Of a stretch of DNA of 32,000 nt, positions 1 through 9,526 are shown piece by piece. The stretch covers positions 1,620,001 to 1,652,000 of the forward strand of contig NZ_CP066019.1 in assembly GCF_016127575.1 (NCBI RefSeq). The letters are read 5' to 3'. The translations under genes and the position numbers were made by a program. Origin of the DNA: Cupriavidus necator (GTDB lineage: Bacteria > Pseudomonadota > Gammaproteobacteria > Burkholderiales > Burkholderiaceae). The notes beneath the pieces were generated by a model, which was not told the DNA's origin, searched no databases, and was given only the letters and a program-made list of their open reading frames with translations. Positions within the stretch are counted from its first letter, which is position 1. Each line of letters opens with the position of its first letter.

Positions 1-1
1 C

Positions 2-742
2 CGCGAACCGCGCGCGCTGCGCCTGACCGTCAGTGGCCAGCGCTATGCCGAGGTGGTGCAGCGCCTGCTGGTGGGCTGCGCCGAAGCGACCGAAGACGTG
101 ATGAAGGTGCGCAGCCATACCGCCCTGACGGTGGCGTGCTCCAGCGGCGTGGCGGTGCTGTGGCTGACGCCGCGGCTGGCCTCGTTCCGCGAGGCGCACC
201 CCGAGATCCAGCTGCGCCTGACCGTCAACGACAGCCTGGCGTCGCTGTCGCCGGCGGAGTTCGATATCGGCATGTACTACCTGCGCGAGGGCCCGCCGCC
301 GGGACTGGCAGCACGACGGCTGTATGGCGAGGAAGTGTTCCCGGTGTGCGCGCCGGGCTACCTGAACGGCCGCACGCTGGCCCCGGCCGCGCTGGCCAAT
401 GAAACGCTGCTGATGCTCGACGACGGCCAGCGCCAGTGGATGTCCTGGCAGACCTGGCTGGCCAACCAGGGCCTGCCCGACGCCACGCTGCGCAACGTGC
501 TCACCTCCAACCAGTACCCGATCCTGCTGCAGCTGGCCATGGAAGGCCATGGCATCGTACTGGGCTGGCGCCATATGATCGACGCCTGCCTGCGCGAAGG
601 CCTGCTGGTGCGCGCCAGCGAGGCCAGCGCCAGCCTGGGCGGCGGCTACTACGCGGTGTGGCCGCGCGACCGGATGGAACCGGCCGCGGCGCGCGCGTTC
701 CGCAGCTGGCTGGTGCGGCAGGCGACGCCTGCACCAGCCTGA
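2..742 (+). CDS. LysR-family transcriptional regulator, C-terminal part (5' end outside window)
   Basis: Frame 2 is open from the window edge. The translation shows a LysR substrate-binding domain (TVACSSGVAVLWLTPRLASFREAHPEIQLRL...GIVLGWRHMI). The N-terminal HTH is missing. Stop TGA at 740-742. Confidence 0.8.
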   Translation, partial: REPRALRLTVSGQRYAEVVQRLLVGCAEATEDVMKVRSHTALTVACSSGVAVLWLTPRLASFREAHPEIQLRLTVNDSLASLSPAEFDIGMYYLREGPPPGLAARRLYGEEVFPVCAPGYLNGRTLAPAALANETLLMLDDGQRQWMSWQTWLANQGLPDATLRNVLTSNQYPILLQLAMEGHGIVLGWRHMIDACLREGLLVRASEASASLGGGYYAVWPRDRMEPAAARAFRSWLVRQATPAPA

Positions 743-746
743 TCGC

Positions 747-1718
747 TCAGGAACCCGCCTTGTAGTTCGTATCCTTGACGATCTTCGCCCACCTTGCCGC
801 ATCCTCGGCAATGGTCGCGGCAAACTGCTCCGGCGTGCCGCCCACCACCTCATAGTCGATCGCTGCCAGGCGCTGCTTGATCTCGGGCTGCGCCAGGATG
901 CGGTTCACCTCCTGGTTCAGCCGCGTGACGATTTCCTTGGGCGTGCCAGCCGGTGCCAGCAGCCCCGCCCAGGAATTGAAGGCCATGCCGTCATAGCCGG
1001 CCTCATGCATGGTCGGCACGTCCGGCAGCGCGGGCGAGCGCTTGGACGCGAACACCGCCAGCGGACGCAGCTTGCCGGCCTTGATCATCGCCATGCCGTT
1101 GAACGGGTCGATGGTCATGTCGACCTCGCCTGCCACCACTGCCTGCATCTGCGGCCCGGTGCCGCGGTAAGACACGCTGACGACGTCCGGCGTGCCCGCC
1201 GCGGACTTGAAGGTGGCGCCGATCAGCTCGATCATGCTGCTGCCGGCCGACAGGCTCAGCGGCTTGGTCTTGGACTTGGCCAGCGCCACGAACTCCTGCA
1301 CGGTCTTGGCCGGCACCGACGGATGGACCACCATCACGAAGCCGATATTGCTGATCTGCGAGATCGGCGCAAAGCTCTTCAGCGGCTCATAGCCCGCCTT
1401 GTACAGCACCGGGCTGAGGGTCTGCGCGCCGGCGCTGTTCAGCAGCAGGGTGTAGCCGTCCGGCGCCGCGCGCGCCACGATGTCCGTGCCGATGATGCCG
1501 TTGGCTCCGGGACGGTTTTCCACCACCACCGACTGCTTGAGCGCTTCGCCCAGCTTCTGCGAAATCAGCCGCGCCACCACGTCTGTGGCCCCGCCTGGCG
1601 CAAACGGCACCACCATGCGGATCGGCTTGCTGGGATAGGTGTCACTCCAGGCCAACGCGGGCATCGCGCCCAGCATGGCGGCGCACAGCATCAGGCGGCG
1701 GCGCAAGTTCGGTTTCAT
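747..1718 (-). CDS. Bug-family (TctC-like) tripartite tricarboxylate transporter substrate-binding protein
   Basis: ATG at 1718 has GGAGA 7 nt upstream (1726-1730 rc). Signal peptide MKPNLRRRLMLCAAMLGAMPALAWS. Bug/TctC hallmark PIRMVVPFAPGGATDVVAR...ENRPGANG. The ORF-track start at 1787 lacks an RBS. Confidence 0.9.
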   Translation of the reverse strand: MKPNLRRRLMLCAAMLGAMPALAWSDTYPSKPIRMVVPFAPGGATDVVARLISQKLGEALKQSVVVENRPGANGIIGTDIVARAAPDGYTLLLNSAGAQTLSPVLYKAGYEPLKSFAPISQISNIGFVMVVHPSVPAKTVQEFVALAKSKTKPLSLSAGSSMIELIGATFKSAAGTPDVVSVSYRGTGPQMQAVVAGEVDMTIDPFNGMAMIKAGKLRPLAVFASKRSPALPDVPTMHEAGYDGMAFNSWAGLLAPAGTPKEIVTRLNQEVNRILAQPEIKQRLAAIDYEVVGGTPEQFAATIAEDAARWAKIVKDTNYKAGS

Positions 1719-1808
1719 CGGGTTGTCTCCTGGACGGCGGTTGTCGGAAGCCGGCACCGGCATGGCCAGCCATGGCTGCACCTGCATTTATTCATAGTTG
1801 TGAATTGG

Positions 1809-1836
1809 ATTTTACCCACATAAATTACCCCGTCAA
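1809..1836 (-). promoter_or_regulatory. sigma70-like promoter for the Bug gene (-35 TTGACG, 16-nt spacer, -10 TAAAAT)
   Basis: The reverse complement of 1831-1836 is TTGACG and of 1809-1814 is TAAAAT. The site lies in the only AT-rich patch upstream of the 747-1718 gene, about 90 nt before its ATG. Confidence 0.4.
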
Positions 1837-1953
1837 CCGAGGGTATGTGCGGACAGGCGGCCGACCGTGACACTGACGGTACCGACCCCGCCGGAAGTGC
1901 AGGCGAAGGACGCGGCCAACACGGTCTGCACCTGAGCCGCTGGGTTCAATCAT

Positions 1954-1985
1954 GCAAGAAGGGACGCCAAGGCGTCCCTTCTTGC
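1954..1985. terminator. Bidirectional intrinsic-terminator-like hairpin
   Basis: Perfect inverted repeat GCAAGAAGGGACGCC-AA-GGCGTCCCTTCTTGC. A GC-rich core stem (GGGACG/CGTCCC) is flanked by AAGAA / TTCTT arms, which gives a T-rich tail on either strand. It lies about 110 nt downstream of the SDR gene stop (minus strand). Confidence 0.5.
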
Positions 1986-2095
1986 TACTGCTTCCGAACC
2001 TCCGATTGGGGCGGAAGATGGTCACGTACCGGCCCTTGCGGGCAGGGAAATCGGCCGATATCCGGATGCTCGAAGGCGCGTCACAGCATTGATCG

Positions 2096-2806
2096 CTACC
2101 ACGGAATCGGCTGGCGATCGCGGAAGAAGCCGCCGGTGGGACCATCGTCGGGCAGCGTTGCCAGCCAGATCACAGTGTCGATGCACTGCTCCGGCGAGCG
2201 CGGCGCATCGGGGCCGCCCAGATCGGTGCGACACCAGCCCGGGCACACGGAGTTGACCTTGGCGCCGTGATCGGCCATCTCGGCGGCCAGGATGCGCGTG
2301 ACGGCATTCAGCGCCGTTTTCGAGATCCGGTAAGCCGGCACGCCGCGGCCCATCTCCGCCAATTGCCCCATGCCCGAAGCCAGGTTGACCACCCGGGCGG
2401 CGCGGCTGGCGCGCAGCAGCGGTGCCAGCGCCTGGGTGGTCCGCAGCACGCCGAACAGATTGGTTTCCAGGGTGCGGCGCAGGGTCTCGAGCGGCAGTTC
2501 GAGCAGGCTGGTGTGATAGTGGTCGAGCGAAACACCAGCGTTGTTGATCAGCACGTCCACGCGTCCGAAGCGTTCGCTCAGCCAGTTGGCCAGTGCGGCC
2601 GCCGAGCCTTCTTCCGTGACGTCAAGGCGGTGGCATGCGATCGGATGCCCCGCGAGCCGGAGCTCTGCCTCAAGCCCAGCGAGGTCCGCCGGCGTGCGCG
2701 CCGTGGCGACGACCAGATGGCCTTCAACAGTGGCCAGACGGCGCGTGGCTGCGCGGCCCAGGCCGCGGCTCGCGCCGGTGATGACGGTAATGGGTTGGTT
2801 GGCCAT
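2096..2806 (-). CDS. Short-chain dehydrogenase/reductase (SDR) family oxidoreductase
   Basis: ATG at 2806 has GGAGGA 8 nt upstream (rc of 2815-2820). Cofactor motif TGASRGLG, NNAG, and catalytic YRISK (YxxxK). Confidence 0.9.
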   Translation of the reverse strand: MANQPITVITGASRGLGRAATRRLATVEGHLVVATARTPADLAGLEAELRLAGHPIACHRLDVTEEGSAAALANWLSERFGRVDVLINNAGVSLDHYHTSLLELPLETLRRTLETNLFGVLRTTQALAPLLRASRAARVVNLASGMGQLAEMGRGVPAYRISKTALNAVTRILAAEMADHGAKVNSVCPGWCRTDLGGPDAPRSPEQCIDTVIWLATLPDDGPTGGFFRDRQPIPW

Positions 2807-2938
2807 GCCTGAGGTCCTCCTCGCTGGCGCAGATAACCCATCTATACACCGTCGATTACGACTTTTGTTAGGCGGATATCCGTGCCGGAACAAATCAGGA
2901 CCGAATTGGTTCTAATTTAAGAAATACTGGTGGCGACG

Positions 2939-3409
2939 ATGCTCAGACTTAGCAAGCTGACTGACTATGGCACGGTGATCATGACGCACCTGGCGCGCAA
3001 CCCGGGCCGGATCTACAGTGCGGCCGAGGTCGCCGCCGCGATCGGTGTGGCGGTTCCGACGGCAAGCAAGATTCTGAAGATGCTGGCAAGGCACCACTTG
3101 CTGGAGTCTCTGCGCGGTGCCAATGGCGGCTACCTGCTGGCGCGACCGCCGGGACAGATTTCGATCGCACAGGTGATTGACGCCATGGAAGGCCCGGCCG
3201 GCATGACCGAGTGCAGTGTCGCTGCCGGCCTGTGTGCGCAGGAAGGCCTGTGCGCCATCCGCGCCAACTGGCAATCGATCAATCAAGTCATCTTTAGCGC
3301 ACTGAATGGCGTGACGCTGGCGGATATGGCGCAACCGGTGTTGCACCCGGTGGATATCGGCGCCTTGCGCGCCCGACGCGCAAACGGGCCGCAAGCTGAC
3401 ATTTTGTGA
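2939..3409 (+). CDS. Rrf2-family transcriptional regulator (IscR/SUF-regulator-like), first gene of the suf cluster
   Basis: The N-terminus [11 protein letters not shown]... and wHTH ([28 protein letters not shown]) are typical of Rrf2. A three-Cys motif [14 protein letters not shown] (CX6CX5C) is a likely Fe-S ligand set. GTG at 2930 is an alternative start. Confidence 0.85.
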   Translation: MLRLSKLTDYGTVIMTHLARNPGRIYSAAEVAAAIGVAVPTASKILKMLARHHLLESLRGANGGYLLARPPGQISIAQVIDAMEGPAGMTECSVAAGLCAQEGLCAIRANWQSINQVIFSALNGVTLADMAQPVLHPVDIGALRARRANGPQADIL

Positions 3410-3440
3410 TTCAGGTGACAGTGGCAAGCGAAGGCAAACC

Positions 3441-4889
<1,449 letters not shown>

Positions 4890-4901
4890 AAGAAGCCAGC
4901 C

Positions 4902-5644
<743 letters not shown>

Positions 5645-5648
<4 letters not shown>

Positions 5649-6976
5649 GCGCAAGCGGACTGGAGCACTATCTCGCCGAGTTCGCCCGCGTCGAGGCCGC
5701 ACTGCCCGGCCGCCGTCTGGGCTGGCTTGCGCACGCGCGGCGGCAGGCGCTGGATCATTTCGCCCAGGCCGGGTTCCCCACGCTGCGCCACGAGGACTGG
5801 AAATACACCAGCGTGGCCGCACTCGAGCGAAGCCGCTTTGCCGTGGCACTGCCGCAGGCCGGCGACAGCCCGGACCCCGCGGTGGCAGCCCAGATCGAGG
5901 CGCTTGCCCTGGCCGGCGCGCAGCTGATGGTGTTCGTCAATGGCACGCACCAGCCGCAATGGTCGCGCATCGGCACCCTGCCTGCGGGCATCGAGCTGGC
6001 CAGCCTCGCCGCGACGCTGGAGCGCGCGCCGGACTGCCTGGAAGCGCTGCTGTTGTGTCGCACAAGCGACTACCCGTCCGGCTTCGCCGCCTTGAACATG
6101 GCGTTCATGACCGACGGTGCCTATATCCGCGTGGCGGCCGGCACCGTCCCGGAACAACCGATCCACTTGCTGTTCCTTGCCACCGCTGCCGAACTGGCAA
6201 CCCATGCGCGCAACCTCGTGGTGGCGCAAGCCGGCAGCCAGGTCTGCATCGTGGAGCACCACGCCGGCCTGGATGGCCTGGCCTATTGCACCAATACCAT
6301 CACTGACATCGTTGCCGAGCGTGATGCGCAGGTCGAACATCACAAGCTGCAGCAGGAGAGCCTCAAGGCCTTCCATATCGCCGGCGTGAACCTGGACCAG
6401 CGGCAGGGTAGCCGCTGCGCCTCCAGTTCCTTTGCCCTGGGCGGCGCCCTGGCGCGGGTCGACATCAATGTCGGGCTGAATGCCGAGCATACCGAGTGTT
6501 CGCTGGACGGGCTGTATATGACCGCCGGGCGGCAGCATGTCGACCACCACACCCGCGTCGACCACGCCAGCCCGCACAGCAAGAGCCGCGAGTTGTACAA
6601 GGGCGTACTGGCGGGCGCCTCGCGCGCCGTCTTCAACGGCAAGGTGGTAGTGCATGCCGATGCCCAGCACAGCGATGCGCACCAGTCCAACCGCAATCTG
6701 CTGCTGTCCGACCAGGCCGAGGTCGACACCAAGCCGCAACTGGAGATCTATGCCGACGACGTCAAATGCGGCCACGGCGCCACCGTCGGCCAGCTCGACG
6801 CCGAGCAGATCTACTACCTGCGCTCGCGCGGGATGGACGATGCCGCGGCGCGTGCGCTGCTGACCTTTGCCTTCGCCGAAGAGGTCGTCAGGCGGCTCGG
6901 CCCTGCCCCATTGCGCACGCGGCTGGAAACGCTCTTGCGCGGCAAGCTGCCGGAGCCTGTGAAGGAGCTGCCATGA
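5645..6976 (+). CDS. sufD: Fe-S cluster assembly protein SufD
   Basis: 443 aa. The C-terminal SufB/D beta-helix region (NLLLSDQAEVDTKPQLEIYADDVKCGHGATVGQLD) is typical, as is its position between sufC and sufS. ATGA overlaps occur at both ends. Confidence 0.93.
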
Positions 6977-8241
6977 ACACGGCTGCGCATGAACGGATGG
7001 CCGTGGAGCACGCGGTGCCGGCCGCCAGCCTGGAGGTGGAGCGGCTGCGGAAGGATTTCCCGATCCTGCGCCAGACCATCAACGGCAGGCCGCTGGTCTA
7101 TCTGGACAACGCCGCCACCACCCAGAAGCCGCAAAGCGTGATCGATTGCGAAGCGCATTACTACGCCGCGCTCAACGCCAATATCCACCGCGGCGTGCAT
7201 ACCCTGAGCCAGCGCGCCACCGATGCCTACGAGGCCGCGCGCGACGCAGTGCGAGACCTGATCAACGCCGCCGGGCGCGAGGAAATCGTGTTCGTGCGCG
7301 GCACCACCGAGGCCATCAACCTGGTGGCGGCAAGCTTCGGCCAGCGCCTGCGCCCGGGCGACGAGGTCCTGATCAGCGCGATGGAGCACCACTCCAATAT
7401 CGTGCCGTGGCAACTGGCGTGCCAGCGCACCGGCGCCTTGCTGCAGGTGGCGCCGATCAACGATGCCGGCGAGCTGATGCTGGAGCAGTTCGCGCGATTG
7501 CTCGGCCCGCGCACCAGACTGGTCGCGCTGACGCACCTCTCCAACGCGCTTGGCACCGTCAACCCGGTGCGGCACATCATCGAGCTGGCGCATGACCATG
7601 GCATCCCGGTGCTGATCGATGGCGCCCAGGCCGTGCCGCACCTAAAGGTCGACGTGCAGGCCCTCGATTGCGATTTCTACGCGTTCTCCGGGCACAAGCT
7701 TTACGGGCCCACCGGCGTCGGCGTGCTCTACGGCAAGGCCGCGCTGCTCGATGCCATGCCGCCTTACCAGGGCGGCGGGGACATGATTCGCGAGGTCACG
7801 TTCCGCAAGACCACATACAACGAGCTGCCCTACAAGTTCGAGGCGGGCACCCCCAATATCGCCGGCGTCATCGCCCTTGGCGCCGCCATCGGGTACGTGC
7901 GCGCGCTCGGCCTGGAAGCCATCGCCGCCCACGAGCACGCGCTGCTCGCTTACGCCAGCGCGCAGGCAGCAAGGATCGCCGGCCTGCGCATGATCGGCAC
8001 GGCTGCCGACAGGGCGAGCATCCTCTCGTTCACGCTGGACGGCATCCATCCCCACGATGTCGGCACCATCCTCGATCAGCACGGCGTCGCGGTCCGTGCC
8101 GGCCACCATTGCGCCATGCCGGTGATGGAGCGCTTCGGCGTGCCCGCCACGGTGCGCGCTTCCTTCGCGCTGTACAACACGCGTGAAGAGGTGGATGCAC
8201 TGTTTGCTGCCGTGCGCGCGGCACAGGAGGTATTCGCCTGA
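6973..8241 (+). CDS. sufS: Cysteine desulfurase SufS (group II, PLP-dependent)
   Basis: ATG at 6973 overlaps the sufD stop and has GAAGGAG upstream. Motifs: DFPIL...YLDNAATTQKP, PLP lysine in FSGHKLYGPTG, catalytic Cys in RAGHHCAMP. The ORF-track start at 6496 runs through sufD in another frame. Confidence 0.95.
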   Translation: MNTAAHERMAVEHAVPAASLEVERLRKDFPILRQTINGRPLVYLDNAATTQKPQSVIDCEAHYYAALNANIHRGVHTLSQRATDAYEAARDAVRDLINAAGREEIVFVRGTTEAINLVAASFGQRLRPGDEVLISAMEHHSNIVPWQLACQRTGALLQVAPINDAGELMLEQFARLLGPRTRLVALTHLSNALGTVNPVRHIIELAHDHGIPVLIDGAQAVPHLKVDVQALDCDFYAFSGHKLYGPTGVGVLYGKAALLDAMPPYQGGGDMIREVTFRKTTYNELPYKFEAGTPNIAGVIALGAAIGYVRALGLEAIAAHEHALLAYASAQAARIAGLRMIGTAADRASILSFTLDGIHPHDVGTILDQHGVAVRAGHHCAMPVMERFGVPATVRASFALYNTREEVDALFAAVRAAQEVFA

Positions 8242-8687
8242 TGTCTGACCTGCGCAGCCTCTACCAGGAAGTGGTTGTCGACCACAGCCGCTCGCCGCGC
8301 AATTTCGGGCGGCTGGCGGCAGCGAACCGCAGCGCCGAGGGCTTCAACCCGCTGTGCGGCGACCGGCTGACGCTGTACCTGAGAATCCGCGACGCGGTGA
8401 TCGAAGACGCCAGCTTCGAGGGCTCGGGCTGCGCCATCTCCACTGCCTCTGCGTCGCTGATGACGGAAGCGCTCAAAGGCAAGACCGAGGCGCAGGCGCG
8501 GGCCTTGTTCTGCGGCTTCCACGCGCTGGTCACCGGAAAGCCGGGGCAGTCCGAAGTGCCGATGGGAAAGCTGGAAGTCCTGGCCGGCGTGCGCGAGTTC
8601 CCGGCGCGCGTGAAGTGCGCCACCCTGGCCTGGCATACCATGCAAGCCGCTTTGGAGAACAGCGCCAGGCCGGTCTCAACGGAGTAG
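8241..8687 (+). CDS. sufU: SufU-type (NifU/IscU-like) sulfur acceptor/scaffold protein
   Basis: The start overlaps the sufS stop (TGATG). A Cys/Asp/Cys/Cys ligand set is present (NPLCGDRL, GSGCAIS, RVKCATLAW). There is no LPPVK motif. N-terminus LYQEVVVDHSRSPRNFG. Confidence 0.85.
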   Translation: MSDLRSLYQEVVVDHSRSPRNFGRLAAANRSAEGFNPLCGDRLTLYLRIRDAVIEDASFEGSGCAISTASASLMTEALKGKTEAQARALFCGFHALVTGKPGQSEVPMGKLEVLAGVREFPARVKCATLAWHTMQAALENSARPVSTE

Positions 8688-8693
8688 AACCCC

Positions 8694-9062
8694 ATGAGCA
8701 TGATCGATTGGCTGCACAAGGCCAGGGAACACGAAGACAGGTTCGAGGCTGAGCCGGACAGCCTCGAGGGGCGGGTGATAGCGGCCTTGCGCACGGTGTA
8801 CGACCCCGAGATCCCGGTCAATATCTACGACCTTGGCCTGATCTACCAGCTATCGGTGGACGAAGCCAGCGGCAAGGTCGGGATCCGCATGACGCTGACC
8901 GCGCCGGGCTGCCCGGTGGCGCAGACCTTCCCCGGCGTGGTGGAGAGCGCGGTGATGGAAGCCAGCGGGGTGGACGCGGTCGAGGTAGAACTGGTGTGGG
9001 ACCCGCCCTGGTCGAGAGAACGGATGAGCGAGGCGGCACGCCTGGAACTGGGGCTGCTCTGA
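8694..9062 (+). CDS. sufT: SufT-like DUF59 Fe-S assembly protein
   Basis: DUF59/MIP18 core VYDPEIPVNIYDLGLIY...MTLTAPGCP. It lies 6 nt after sufU. Confidence 0.8.
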   Translation: MSMIDWLHKAREHEDRFEAEPDSLEGRVIAALRTVYDPEIPVNIYDLGLIYQLSVDEASGKVGIRMTLTAPGCPVAQTFPGVVESAVMEASGVDAVEVELVWDPPWSRERMSEAARLELGLL

Positions 9063-9063
9063 G

Positions 9064-9384
9064 ATGAGCGAGTGGATCGATGTCGCCCGAGCCGAGGACT
9101 TCGCGCCCGGCACTTGCCGCAGCGTCGATATCGATGGCGTCCAGGTCGCGGTATTCAATGTGGATGGCAATTACTACGCCATCGAGGACCTCTGCTCGCA
9201 TGAGGCCGAGCCGCTCTGCGGCGGCGACGTGGAAGGCCAGGAAGTCGTCTGCCCGCGCCACGGCTCGCACTTTTCCCTGCTGACGGGCGAGGCGCTGTCC
9301 CCGCCCGCCTACGAGCCGGTGGCGACGTTCCCGGTCCGGGTGGCGGACGGCAAGGTGCAGGTCAGGGACGAGCGCGGGGAATAA
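9064..9384 (+). CDS. Rieske [2Fe-2S] ferredoxin-like protein, terminal gene of the suf cluster
   Basis: Rieske ligands CSHEAEPL...CPRHGSHF (CxH...CxxH). 106 aa. It starts 1 nt after the sufT stop. Confidence 0.85.
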   Translation: MSEWIDVARAEDFAPGTCRSVDIDGVQVAVFNVDGNYYAIEDLCSHEAEPLCGGDVEGQEVVCPRHGSHFSLLTGEALSPPAYEPVATFPVRVADGKVQVRDERGE

Positions 9385-9452
9385 GCGTACAACCCCGATC
9401 AGTCACTTGGCCGGGGGCGGGTCTGGACGCACTGTCGCCAGGCTGCGCCGCC

Positions 9453-9481
9453 TTGCCATCCCCGCCGATCCCATCTCTAAT
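9453..9481 (+). promoter_or_regulatory. sigma70-like promoter upstream of the cyclase-STAND gene (-35 TTGCCA, 17-nt spacer, -10 TCTAAT)
   Basis: TTGCCA at 9453-9458 and TCTAAT at 9476-9481 each match the consensus at 5/6 positions. The site is about 45 nt before ATG 9527. No terminator hairpin is seen between the Rieske gene and this site, so read-through from suf is also possible. Confidence 0.35.
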
Positions 9482-9526
9482 AGTCTTGAGTACCGTCCAG
9501 GCAACCAACGACGGCCAGGAGGCGAA

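Noticed and set aside
1825-2270. ORFs 1845-2270 (+) and 1825-2145 (-) in the Bug/SDR spacer.
   Set aside because: Both run across the strong terminator hairpin, and one runs into the SDR gene. Both have Arg/Gly-rich composition and neither has an RBS.
2910-2923. AT-rich imperfect palindrome TTCTAATTTAAGAA upstream of the Rrf2 gene, considered as an IscR/Rrf2 box.
   Set aside because: Only 5 of 7 positions pair, and it matches neither IscR type 1 nor type 2 consensus as I remember them. It may simply be promoter -10 sequence. The support is too weak to list it as a feature.
6496-6972. N-terminal extension of the sufS ORF.
   Set aside because: It overlaps sufD out of frame and is Arg-rich nonsense. 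ATG 6973 has a GAAGGAG RBS, an ATGA overlap with sufD, and gives a normal SufS N-terminus.
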